DNA from: the human T2T-CHM13v2.0 reference genome, Homo sapiens | Reading direction: 5' to 3' (one strand) | Assembly (NCBI RefSeq): GCF_009914755.1 | Contig: NC_060938.1 | Length of the DNA stretch: 64,000 nt | Shown here: piece after piece, positions 30,801 to 44,105 of the stretch | Numbering within the stretch: the first letter of the stretch is position 1 | How the letters are laid out: the number at the start of each line of letters is the position of its first letter | Notes under the pieces: generated by a model | Database searches by the model: none | The model's input: only the letters and a program-made list of their open reading frames with translations | What the model was told of the DNA's origin: nothing | Made by a program: the position numbers and the translations under genes

Positions 30801-33800
30801 TCTGTTTGTGTCTTTATAGGTGAAGTGTGTTTCTTGTAAGCAACAGGTCAATGAGTCTTGTTTTTTTAATTCATTCATCCACTTAACATGTTTTAATTTA
30901 TTAGTATAGTCTATTTACACTCGATATTATTATTGATAAGTAGAAATTTACTCTTGCCATCTTATTGTTTGTTTTCTAATAGTTTTGTGGTCTTCTCCAC
31001 CTTATTTTTATTCTTTCTGTCTCCCTTTCAGTGAAGGTGATTTTCTCTGGTGGTGTGATTTAATTTATTGCTTTTTATTTGTTGTGTATCCATTGCATAT
31101 TTTTTTGATTTGAGGTTACTGTGAGGCTTTCTAAGACTATCTTATAACCGATTATTTTAAACTGATGGTAACTTAACTCTGATTGCGCAAAAAGCAAACA
31201 AACATGGAAAAAAAACTTAATAAAAACTTCACATTAACTTTATCCCTCCACTTTTTAACATTCTGTTGTTTTTCTTTATGTCTTATTGTACTAGGTCTTC
31301 AAAAGCTGTAGTTACTATTTTTGATTGGTTCATTATGTAGTCTTTCTACTTAACATAAAATTAGTGTTATAATATTCTATTTTTCTGTGTGCTTACTATT
31401 ACAGTGAGTTTGGTACATTCTGATGATTTCTTCTTGCTCACATCTTTTTCTTTCAGCTTGAAAAACTCCTTTCAGTATTTCTTGTAGGAGAGATGTGGTG
31501 TTGATGATATCCCTCAGCTTTTGTCTGGGAATGTCTTTATTTCCCCTTCATGCTTGAATGATATTTTCAACAGATATACTATTCTAAGATAAAAGTTATG
31601 TTCCTTCAGTACTTTAACTATTTCGTGCTGCTCTACTGGCTTGTAAGGTTTCCACCGAAAAGTCTGCTGTCAGATGTATTGGAGATCCATTGTATGTTAT
31701 TTGTTTCTTTTCTCTTGCTGCTTTTAAGATAGTTTCTTTATCCTTGATCTTTGGGAGCTTGATTATTAAATTCCTTGAGATAGTTTTCTCTGTGTTCAAT
31801 CTGCTTGGTGTTCTATAACCTTCTTGTACATGAATGCAGATATCTTTCTCTAATTTTGGAAGTTCTGTGATATTACCCCCTTTGAATAAACTTTCTACCT
31901 CCATCTCTTTCAGTTTCCCTTCCTCCTTTTTAAGGTAAATAACGCTTAGATTTTCCCTTTTGTGGCTATTTTCTAGCTCTTGTAGGCATGCTTCATTCTT
32001 TCTTATTCTGTTTTCATTTGTTTCCCTTGGCTGTGTATTTTAAAATAGCCTGTCGTCAAGCTCACTAATTCTTTCTTCTGCTTGATCAGTTCTGTCATTA
32101 AGAACCTCTGATGTATCATTCAATATGTCACCTGCATTTTTCAACTGTGGAATTTTTGCTCTATTCTTCTTAATTATTTCAATCTCTTTGTTAAATTTTT
32201 CTGATATAATTCTGAATTCTTTCTTTGTGTTTTCTTGAATTTCTTTGAGTTTTCTCAAAACAGCTCTTTTGAATTATCTGTCTAAAAGCTCACATATCTC
32301 TTTCTACAGGATTGATTCCTGGCACCTTATTTAGTTCATTTAGTGAAGTCATGTTTTCCTGGGTGATCTTGATGCTTGTAGATGTTTATTGGTGTCAGGG
32401 CATGAAAGACTTAGGTATTTGTTGTAGTCCTTACAATCTGGGCTTATTTGTGCCTGTCCTTCTTGGGAATTCTTTCCAGGTATCCAAGGGAACCTGAGTC
32501 CAAAGCCCACGAATGCTGTGGTTTTTGCAGACTTCAGAGGTACCAACTTGGTGGTCTTGGATAAGCTCCAAAGAAATTTTCTGGATTACCAGGTAGAGAC
32601 CCTTGTTCTTTTTCCTTATTTTCTCCCAAACAAATGGAGTGTCTCTTTGCTGAGCTGCCTTGAACTGGGAGTGTCCCGATGCAAGCACCTCTGTGACCAC
32701 CACCACTGGAACTGTGCTAGGTCAGACCTGAAGCCAGCACAGCATTGTGTCTCACCCAAGATCTGCTGTATACACTACCTGGCTACCACTTATGCTCACT
32801 CAAGACCTTTCATCTCTATGATCAGCAGGTGGTGAGGCCAGCCAGGTTTGTGTCCTTCCCTTTAGGGTAGCAAGTTTTACCAGGCCCTGGGCAGGTCCAC
32901 AGATTGAATGGGAGCCAGACACTAGAGTTAAAAAAAACCTTAGTAATTTGCCTGATTCTGTATTCTACTGTGGCTAAGCTTGCACTCACACCACAAAACA
33001 GTCTTTCCCACTCTTCCCTCCAATTTTCACAAGTGGAGGAGCCTCTCCCCATGGCCACCACCATCAGCAGCCCATGGGGGAGTTCAGCCAGTCCACCACT
33101 GATGTTCAATTAAAGCCCAAGAACCCTTCAGTTAGCTTATAGTGAATGCTGCTAGGCCTGGAACTCATCATTCAGGGCTTGGTCTCCCCTCTGGCCCAGA
33201 GAAGGTCCAGAAATGATATCTAAGAGCCTAGACCTAGATTCAGAGACCCCAAGAGGCTATTTGTTCCTCTACCCCACTGTGGCTGAGCTGGTACCTAAGG
33301 TGTAAGACAGAATCCTCTTTACTTTTCCCCCTCCTTTACTCAAACAGAAGGAGTCTTTTGCCATAATCACCACAGCTGGAAATGGGTTGGGTCACACCTG
33401 AAGACAGCACATCTCAGAGCCCTAGGCCCCAGTGGAGTACTATCTGAGTAACACTGCTGGTTATTCAGGGCCCAAAGACCCTTTAGTCAGTAGGTCATGA
33501 ATTCTGCCAGGACTGGGTCCTTCCCTTCAAGGCAGTGGGTTCTGTTTTGGCTCAGGGTGCATCTAGAAATGTAATCTGTGAGCTTAAGCCTGGAATGGGG
33601 GTACTCATGATTCTGCCTGGTCCCCTATCCTACTGTGGTTGAGCTGGTATTCAAGATGCAAGACAGAGTCTTCTTTACTCTTTGCTCTCCTCTCCTTAAG
33701 CAGAAGGAGGGAGTCACTTTGTTGCTGTGAGCTTCACTGTCTGGGGTGGGGGAAGGATAGCAAAAGCTCTCCCTTAGCCACCCCAGCTGGTGATACACTA

Positions 33801-34383
33801 TATTGCTTGCTGCCCTAGTCCTCTGGCTCTGGGCCAAGTTCAGCCCTAGAAGTTACCTAGGAATTACAAGCTTTGTGTCCTATACTGTCTTTCAAGTTTA
33901 CCTAGCACCTCAGAGCATTTTGACCTGTAGTGGTGAGGCTTGCAAAAACACTCAAGTTCTGACCACTGGGATGGGTGATTTCCCTCTGGCTAGGTCTGAT
34001 CCAAATGCCTCCTCCCTGTGTGGGCACTGGCTGAGCCCAGCACAGCTTTATTCTGCACTGTGACAGGGCAGTACTGAGTTCAATGTAAAAGTCCTGCAGT
34101 TGCTGCACTCTCCTTCCTGCAAAGGCACAAATTCTCTTCATTGCAAGGCTGCTGCTAGGGATGGAGGATGGGTGGTGTTGGCGATTCAAGACTGTCTCTC
34201 CTACCCTCTTGAAGGCCTCTTTTAGTAAAATGAAGTTAAAATCAGGTACTGTGATTGCTCACCTGAGCTTTGGTTCTTGTGATAGTGCTTTTCTGTGTGC
34301 AGATGATTGTTAAAATTTGGTATACCTGCAGAGGGGACAAATAGTGTAGGCTTCTATTCTCCAATCTTGCGCTGACTCCTCTC
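24838..34383 (-). mobile_element. Near full-length L1MA (L1MA2-like) element with a THE1 nested in its 3' UTR
   Basis: 3' UTR 24838-25048 resumes at 27063; ORF2 remnant from about 30960 down (EN fragment GGFNIPLS); ORF1 remnants 31614-32546; about 1.8-kb 5' UTR ending GAGGAGTCAGCGCAAGATTGGAGAATAGAAG on the minus strand. Confidence 0.88.
25049..27062 (+). mobile_element. THE1 MaLR provirus: 5' LTR 25049-25414, internal region, truncated 3' LTR 26995-27062
   Basis: TGATATGG start at both LTRs; MaLR internal ORF remnant 25511-26128. Confidence 0.93.
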
Positions 34384-36249
34384 TACAAAATTAATCATAA
34401 AAATTAGAAACACTGATTACATTTTTAAAAATATTATTCGGATCACATTCTCTGACCAAGGTGTTATAAACTAAATTTACTAATAAAGTATTCATTTTTG
34501 TAATCTAAAAAAACTGAAATTAAAATAACACCAAAGCATGATACACTTCAAAATGACTATTGTGTCAGAAAGTACAAAATAAAATTAAATATTAATTTAA
34601 TTAAACTAAAATTCAGAGAATGAACCAAATTTCCAAAGGAAAATTAGTAACTCTAAAAATAATTTTACATAATAATCTTAGAATTAAAAAATATATTCAA
34701 GGAAAAATTAGTTTAGCTTCAGTTAGTGTATCTAGGGAAGAAGAAACATTACAAAAACAGAAAATAAAATTAAGAAAATAATATATTTTGAAACAGGAAG
34801 AACTGTCTACAATTTATAAATATATTCATAAAATATAGAGCTTTTTCTGTATTTTATACAGAAAATCAAAAATACCTTAAATGTAGTCAAGAGCAAAAAA
34901 AGGTAGCAAAACTATAGATACCACAATATAATTAATGGAAACAACCACAGACTTGGGATGAATTAAATATTATAAATAAAATATTATTTATAAAATCAAT
35001 TTTTAAAAAATTTTACAAATGAGTAGTCCAGCTGGAAAAAAATTTATTCTTGACACCTCACTGCATTATAACTTCTGAGGAGTCAGGCATTTTCTCAACT
35101 TTGATCACCATTATGTATTCTTTGCCTAATACAAAATAACTAGTCAGTAAAAAAATCTATTGAAAATAAACACAAATAAATGTGTATTCACATTAATCAA
35201 TTATAAAGAAAACAACATATTCAACCTGATAGGAAATATAAATAAAAGCAATGATTATACATGTTTTCATATATCTTAGCAAAAATTAAAACATTTGTTA
35301 AGATTATCTGTTTTTGGCTTGTAGAAAGATAGAGTATTTCATAGAGATTCTAGGAATTTAAATTGGTAGAGCCACTTGAGAGGGAGTTATGGAAACATTA
35401 AATATTCACCTGCTCTATCGTAACAAAATCCCACTTTAATATGTTCTCTCTAGAAAATACTCAGGTATGGACACAAGAAGCATATACAGGAATATTTCTG
35501 CAACATTGTCAACAATAATCAAAGGAAGTGGAAATATTATTGAGCACAACCAACATTTCATTCACAGGACTTGGCTAAATAAATTACATTACACCAATTC
35601 CATAGAAACTAGGTTTGCTTTAAGTGTAACCTCCCAGGAAACAATTAATATGATTAGTGAAAATCACTCTCTAACTTTATGCTTTCTTTTTAATTCTAAA
35701 AGTTATTATTATCTATAATGTTCACTTTTTTCATGTTGACTTTGACTTTTAAATATCTTATGCTTAAGAAAATGCTTTAAAATAATTCTGTAGTTTACCT
35801 AGCTTAGATATTCATACTTTTGATGAGTAGCATTTTCGGGCTATCAAATATGAAATTCTATGTGGGTGGGCAAAACTTTCTGCTTTGAAAGTTGCAAAAA
35901 TCAATTCATAATAATTATCTTGTCTAATCACACACACTTTTAAATTCTGTAAGATGATCTTAATACATTTTTCTCAAACAATTGGAATTGATATGTCTTC
36001 ATTAAACATGTACACGGATATTACAAGTTGATTTATTTGAGTTTTTTAGCCAGTTTCCTTATAGAAGTTTCTGTCTATTCAATTTTATTCAATTAAAAAT
36101 TTTTCTAAACTTCTAATTAGCTGCCAAGTTATAGTCCAGTTGTACTGCCATTGTATAGGTATATTTTTAAAGCTACATAACTGAGCACAAACTGTTCCCT
36201 GTTGCTGAACCTTGTTTTCATCCTACGATATTAGGGATGGAAAAGTAAA

Positions 36250-36700
36250 GAACTAGACAAACGTAAATAGTCAGGGACTGTTGACTGCTTCAATTCACCT
36301 GCAGCTAACCCACCAAGTGGGACACCCTGTTTGTTGAGAAATGCTGTGCCAAGGATATAGCATTTAATGGCTTTGGCAAGAAGAATGATTTTCATCAGCT
36401 GTAACAAACAAGTTCCTCATCTCCAACCCTACCATCTGTCCTCCTGGTTCCCACCCAGAACGCTATCTATGGTCTCAATTGAACAGGTTTCAGACTGCCT
36501 AAGGTCACTATACAATCAACCTTAACAGATGGCATCACAGCAAACATCTAAACTGTAGCAGTGGCCAAATGCAGAGGATGATCCTCATCACTGAGGAAGA
36601 ATGCCCTCTGTGCACACTGCCCTGATGTTCTGGTTCTGCTCAACATTGCATGTGAAAATAAGGCTCCATCGTCTTTGTGTTAATAGATTAAGTAGATTGG
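36250..36700 (+). mobile_element. L4 / RTE-X LINE fossil (ORF2 C-terminus)
   Basis: My translation of 36440-36625: PPGSHPERYLWSQLNRFQTA*GHYTINLNRWHHSKHLNCSSGQMQRMILITEEECPL, matching the RTE-type W..LNRFRT..G..C.CG..Q...CP pattern. Confidence 0.7.
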
Positions 36701-37039
36701 ATTTTGCACTAATTTCTCAGTGAATTTTATGTCTTAAACTTTGTTTTCTAGTATTTTCTTTGCTCTGATATAATTAAAGATAAATCTTTGAGATAATATC
36801 TACTATTAATGACCACAGAATATTATACATGTATTTAAGAGGAGAAGTCACCCAGGTATGGTTTGTTTTATTGCTTTTGTTTTGTTTTGTTTTCCTAAGA
36901 AATCTCTGTGTACTGAAAGGTAATATTATCTGCTGCAAAAAATTATTGCATACAGCATAAGATACTGATAAGTATTTAATAATGAATGCAGCATATTTTA
37001 ACTTTAATTTAAGCCCTGTTTAGCACCCATACAGCCATG

Positions 37040-37330
37040 CTTATCTACAGTTGACTGATATTCTCACTTAGATTTCTCAACATCATTTCAAATTCAAGCG
37101 TAAAAGGCATTATTCTTACTCTTAAAAAAACTTTAATCCAGAATTTCCACATTTCTGTTTTGTGTAGCTTCATTTCATCATTAACCTAGTTTTAATGTTT
37201 GGATGCAAAGAATGCTAGAATTTAAAGATCATCTAGTCTTTCATTCCCCCCCAAATTTACACCTTTATTTACGTATTCCATCTTCATTTCAATAATTCTG
37301 GCAGCCAGATTTATAACCTCCATTTGGAAG
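37040..37330 (+). mobile_element. L2 fragment
   Basis: ttctcacttagatttctcaacatcatttcaaattcaa resembles the L2 3' region. Confidence 0.5.
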
Positions 37331-37559
37331 TTGGGCAGATCCTTTCTCAAGAAGGAAATTGGCCCAAGAGAAAGGCTTGCAGATACTAAAAGTTTACAAA
37401 CCCCAGTGAAAATGATCAGAGGGAATTTTCTATAATAAAATCTTCCATTCACAAGTGTCATTAAACACACTGAAAAATGCAAGACACTGTTCAGGAAAAA
37501 TATTAAAATTAGCATAAAAATAAAAAATTCAAAATAGAAGATGAAAATGAATACATTAT

Positions 37560-38650
37560 CAGTTTAAGAATATCAGTGGCCAGATAACAGAAAATTCAAA
37601 CAACAAAATAAAAGAAGGAAAAATATTAGAGGTCAAGTAATTTTTTAAAAAAATTAAAGACATTAGTTTTCTACTAAAATGATTGGTCAAGTTTTCCTGA
37701 AGTCCTACACTACTACACCATGGTATTTTTTCAAAAAAATTTCGAGATTCTACAGACCTAAAGAAAACCATAACTGCCAGAGAGAATAGAACAGTTCACA
37801 TATAGGGATCAAAAATCAGAACAGCAGCATTGGAAGCTAGAAGACAATATAGATGAATGCCTTTCTATTTTGGAGGGAAAATATTTTTTTAACTTAGCTA
37901 TCTAAACACATGTAAATAATCAAAATGCAGCTCAAATAAATATATTTTCTAAAATATATTATCAAATAATCTGTGTAATGTAAATTATCAAAAAATGTAT
38001 CTTCAAAAGTTCATAGGTCGTTATCAACAAAAGTAGGATATAAACCAAGAAAGAAAAGGACATAGTATTAAATCAAGCAGTCCAGATCAAAAGATTGGAG
38101 ACAGGGCTCAAAAAGGTCTTCAAGAAAATTAAAAAATAAAAATACTTATAGAGCCCCTAATGTGTTTACTATGTGTAATACAATATTCACCAAGGTTTAC
38201 AATTTTCTTAGAAGATAGAAAATTAAGAGAGAACTAGAGATTGTGAATATCAGAAATAACAAAGAAAAAAGAAACAAATATTTCTGTATCACCATAGTCA
38301 ATCATAGTATAGGGTAAATATTACAGACTTTTTTAATCAAATATTGAGATGTACTTTAACGGGAGGAGGAAAGGATGTTAAGTAAGAACTTCATGGTGGT
38401 GACTAAGATAACTAATTTGTATTACCATAGTAGAAATGCCTGAAAAATTTATAAAATGCCTGAAAGTAAAAAAAAAATGCCTGAAATTGATAAACAAAAA
38501 AGGGTATTTGAAGAATATTGTTTGCAAATATGGAAGTAAATACCAGAATAAACAGATAAAGGTTGGATAAAGGAACAGACTTGGGAAGATGTATGTCACA
38601 ATGTTGGTATTTCTGATTATTAACCTTAGAGTACCATTTTTCTTAAAATC
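37560..38650 (+). mobile_element. HAL1-like (L1 ORF1-related) fossil
   Basis: acagcagcattggaagctagaagacaat and aaaccaagaaagaaaaggacat...cagtccagat. Confidence 0.6.
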
Positions 38651-41523
38651 ATATTGACCTATTTCAGCTGAAGTTAGGAATGGAAATCTCAATCATTCTG
38701 TCTCTCCCCTCAACTCTAGCCTGCCCCCACGTCTCACACACACACACCAAGGCCGTTGTTATATTAATTTAGCACCATCAACTTCTGGGAATTTTGAGAA
38801 CCACAACTATAAAACAAACAATTTATTGCAACTCAGATTTTACATTTGAAGTAACTGATCGTGGAGATCATACATGATTTATCCAGGGTTATTAATGTAA
38901 TTCAGTCAAATGTCTTACTACTAAGTTCTATAGTTTTTCTCAAAATGCCTCCTTTATTCCTCCTTTTCATTCAACTCAGTTTTAATTCAGATACTCTTGG
39001 TTGGTTTCTTCATTTAATTTCTCCCACATACAATTTATTTTGTGCTTTTCAACCAAATCCACTTTCCTAAAACACTAATATGACATTTACCATGTTATGT
39101 TTTCTGTGTTTGCTAACTTTGTCGCTGAAAAAGTAGGTTTTAATAAGGTTCGTATAACTCTTTGCATAGTGATGGTCTTTTTCTATACTATTGAAAAAAT
39201 GTAATTCTTTTTAAAATTTTTAAAAATAGTTCCCTATAAATGTAATACATTACTTTTATATGTAACTTAATATTTTTATTAATGTTTACACAGTTATTGC
39301 TCAGGTTTTTATGTCATATTGAATCAGTTTAAGGAAATACAATGTATATGTATTTTTCATTTTATTATCATAAAAAGTATTTTCTGTTGCATTTTTGTAA
39401 TTTCTGTCATATGTTATTATATTTTTTCTCCTACTTTTAATTATTTTAAATTGCTCTTATTCATATTTATTTAGATTTGTTGATATTGTTTGCTAGTTGC
39501 TTTACAGAATAAGGTGAGTCAATGGTTAATTTACTCAATTATCTACTCAATCATTCCTTAGTAAAATTTTATTAAAATTAAATTTTTTTAATTAATAAAG
39601 AAATATACATTAAATTAATAAAAGTTCAAACAACAGTGAAAATCAAAAAATGAAGAAAATGGTTCAAACGGACAGAAATAACCACCACTAACTTTTTGAT
39701 GTACAGTCTTTCAGTCTTTGTTTTGACCAGACAGAGAAAGCCACACAGAGAAAAAAAGACAGAGAAAATCGTTACTTGTTTTACACTGTTAGAAGCTACT
39801 TTACAACCTTGCATTATAACTTAACACTATTTCAAGAATATATTTAAATATAAATATAGACGCATACACACATATGTATCTCTCCATAATAAAAAGTTAA
39901 TAAAATATTATTAGAATGCACCTTGGTTTATTTTACCAGTCCAGTTTTTTGGACATTTAGGTTGTTTTTAAATTTTTACTCTAATTAATATTCCACTAAA
40001 ATGAACATCTTGATAGAGACATTTTTTGCATGCATTGGCAAGTATGTACTTAGGATAAATTTTTAAAATCTCTCTTTCAAAATTCTCTTTCAAAGGAAAT
40101 GTTCATCTATAAATTATTCCATATAATTACAAAATTGACTTCTGCCAATACTAATACCGACCAGATGATATATGTGTTTCAATAAAATAAGGAAAGAAAA
40201 TTATCCCTATATATTTGAAACTTGCCTAGGTGTCATTACTGGGATTGGAATTGTTTTACATAAGATATTTGTACATTTCTTCTTCTGTATTATGTCTTTT
40301 TTCTCTTTTAAGAGTAATATTCTCTTTTTAATTAATATGAAAAGTGATTGATATAAAAGTGTAGTTAGCCTTTTCCATGTATATTTCCAAGATCCATTTA
40401 AAATTTGTTGATGGCCTTTTAATACAATCAAAAGTTGATTCACTTTCAGTATGAAAGTAATGTTTATAATGCAGTCAACTAAAGAGTTTTCCTCTATGAT
40501 TTTTGGTTTTCAGGAGATACTTTAAACGGTCTATTTCTACAAGATTATATATTTACTTATATTTTATTCCAATACAATAGTATTTATTTTTCTTTCTGAA
40601 ATTAATTTTTATTTGTGATTGAAGTATTGTTTTGACTTAACTTGCCCTAAAATATTTTATTTTTCCTCAAATGCCAATAAATAACCCATTAATTTTCTAC
40701 TAATTTACAATAACATTTTAATTGTATACTGTCAATTTTTCTAGTATAAATTAATTAGGTAATCAATGATTAGCAAAAAGAAGACATACTATCAGTAAAA
40801 TATAGAAAGCCAATTGGTTCATATATGAAATTTTTAGCCCATTAAGAGTTTATTAAATCAGGTAATAGTAGCTAAAAACACTATTGTAGTTTAACACATT
40901 CTGACACAGAGCAAACACCCATTAACCACAGCTCCTGTTGAACCTAAGCTTTCTCATTTTGACCTAATTTGGTCATTGCTCTGCCTTGCTAGTGAAGCTC
41001 TTTCAATCTTTGCATATGTTGCCTCTATCTTCACAAATTAGCAGGCTTAATCCTTATTTAGAAATTAAGTTTTACCCATCATACAAACTCATGTGAAATT
41101 TGGAAGAAGGAAATGAAAGGAGGGGCATCTGCTTATTGTTGCTGATGACAGCAAGGTTGTAGAAATGTGAAAATAGAGAAGCAATTGCAGGAATCACACC
41201 TTACTTACACTCTTGTCCAGGTTCCTCATTGAGGCTCATGAGAGATAAATTAGGTGGAAATGCGGGTACTATGAGACTTTTTGAGTTCTGAATTGCAGCT
41301 ATGGGGTGGTTTTTCTCCAAAGATGTTCTATGACTTCTCTTCCTTTCCAAAATTTGGGAAGTTAAAAAATGCCTTATTTATTAGTAGTGGCATTGCTTCA
41401 GATATCTAGAATGATTTCTGTTTGCTGCACTGTCGGTGAATTATATGCTATTCAGTTTGGCTCATTTTATTCATTAAAGCATGTGGGGGAAAACAAAAGA
41501 CAAAACCAACCTTGGGTAAGTGA

Positions 41524-42132
41524 GTACATTAATCAGGGTACTCCAGAGAGACAGAAGAAATGTGATTAGACAGATGGATGGATGGATAGAAAGTGAAGAG
41601 GGGACTTATTAGGGGAATTGTTAAAATTATGGAGGCGGAGAACTCCAACAATATGCTGCCTGTAAGCTGGAGAACTAGTGAGGCTGGTAGTGTGGCTCAG
41701 TCCATATTCCAAGGCCTCAGAATCAGTGAAGCCAATGCTATAACTCTCAGACTGAGGCTAAAGGCCTGAGGGACTGGGGCAGGGAGTTTGGGGGCAGTGG
41801 GGAAGACTGGTATAAGTCCTGGAGTCCAAAGGCCAGAGAACCCAGAGTTCTGATGTGGTTTTCTCCAAAGATTAAGGAGGAGAAGAAGGTTTTCCAGCTC
41901 CAGGAGAAGTAGAGATCAAAGTTGCCTTTCCTCTGCCTTTTTCTTCTATCCTGTCTCCCCAACAACTGGTGGTGTCCACCCACACTGAGGGCAGATCTTC
42001 CCCACTCATCCACTGAATCACCTGCCAGTCTCCTCTGGAAGCACACTCACAGAGACACCCCGCAGATAATGCTTTAGGAGCTTTCTAGGTATCCCTTAAT
42101 CCAGTCAAGTTGACAGCTAAAATTAGCCATCA
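41524..42132 (-). mobile_element. MLT2 (ERVL) solo LTR
   Basis: aatcagggtactccagagagacagaa ... taatccagtcaagttgacagctaaaattagccatca. Confidence 0.88.
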
Positions 42133-43004
42133 AAATGAGCAATGCCCACAAGATAGGAAAAGAAATGGTACATTGGTCACTTCAGAATGGAGAAGGCTGA
42201 TTGGCAATGTAATCCCTACCTTGGAATACATGAAAGATGGTTTATTATGATAATTACCATGGTAGTCACTGAGTAAGAGAAAATGAGCAACTAAAAGTGA
42301 GAAAGAGTCATTTGATATTCAGAAAAACATCTTAAGTCACTAAGAAACAAATAACTGAGTGACTAATGACGTAGGTTATAAAATGTGGATCTCTGAAGAG
42401 CTTAAAAAATTCCCAACTATCTGCCTTTATTTGAATGACCTGAAGTGAAGGTATGGGATTAGGATCCTTCAAATTTTTTTCATTTCTATTATCCAAGCAT
42501 AAAGATAATAAAACTCATACTTGAAATAGAAAATATACACACTTCTTTCTTACGTATTTATTATCTTTACATGAAAAACATTAGTGACATTATTTGGTTT
42601 GTGTTATGGTATAGACATTTTGTTCCATCAATCTTCTAAAGCCAAGGGATTAGGGAACAAATTTAAATCCCCTAGGGAAAACATTTAAAAAATTTATTCA
42701 GTTAGTATTTTGAAGATGCTTATTATCTTATTTCAGTAATGATTGTTGATTATGGTAATTGATCATTTCAATAATTTCTTATATAGATAATTGGTAAGAG
42801 TAATTTACGTGCACTCTTATTTTAAATATTCTTAATTAGTAAAACATATTTAAATAAATTACCATATTATTGAAGGTCACAAATAACTATGGTTCACCAA
42901 AATTGTACAAAGTTATAGCAAACTTATTCTGTGAAATTTATCTTTGAGAATAGCTTCGCAAAATTTTAAGCAGATATTTTAGGGGTAAATAATTCTTATA
43001 ATAG

Positions 43005-43417
<413 letters not shown>

Positions 43418-43720
43418 TAATTTTTTGAAGTGTTTAATAAAAGAAACAGAAGTTGATAGAGGGAAAATATTTAACTCCCAAAAAAGGATTATTTATGTAA
43501 ATATCTAATTATAACTGTATTTATAACAATATCTTCAAATTCCCTTATTTATATTTTCAACCAACATTTTGACAAAAATTGTTAAAATTTTGGTATGAAT
43601 TTGTTATACGGTCAGGGTATAGGAACTAATAACATGATTTTCAAACTTCTAATTCATATTGTTTGTAGTACACAATAAGAGACATATCCTAGTTATAAGA
43701 TTAAGAGCTCCAAACATGGC

Positions 43721-44105
43721 TGAAATGGCTTGACTCTGTGTCCCCACCCAAATCTCATCTCAAATTATAATCCCCATGTGTTGAGGGAGGGACCTGTAAT
43801 CCCCACATGTGGAGGGAGGGAAGTGATTGAATTATGGGGGTCATTTCTCCAATGCTGTTCTCATGATAGTGAGTGAATTCTCATGAGATCTGCTGGTTTT
43901 ACAAATGGTAGTTTTTCTTGCATTGACACATGCTCTCTCTCAACTGCCACCATGTAAGAAGTACCTATTTCCTCTTCCACCGTGATTATAGGTTTCCTAA
44001 GGCCTCCTCAGTCATGCGGAACTGTGAGTCAATTAAACCTGTATCCTTTATAAATTATCCAATTTTGGGTACTTCTTTAGAGCAGTGTGAAAATGGACTA
44101 ATACA
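43721..44105 (+). mobile_element. Solo MaLR LTR (THE1D/MSTA type) with a 5-bp TSD
   Basis: tgaaatgg...ggactaataca; flanks ATGGC/ATGAC; internal 29-bp duplication at 43768-43825. Confidence 0.9.

Noticed and set aside
38434-38486. CRISPR-like repeat/spacer array
   Set aside because: Primate DNA; 12-bp repeats, 8-9-nt A/T spacers and no cas genes
40870-41520. Possible old LTR-like sequence
   Set aside because: Could not assign a family or termini from sequence alone
42097-42107. DUX4-like site TAATCCAGTCA in MLT2
   Set aside because: Mismatch in the AATCA core; appears to be the ordinary subfamily sequence
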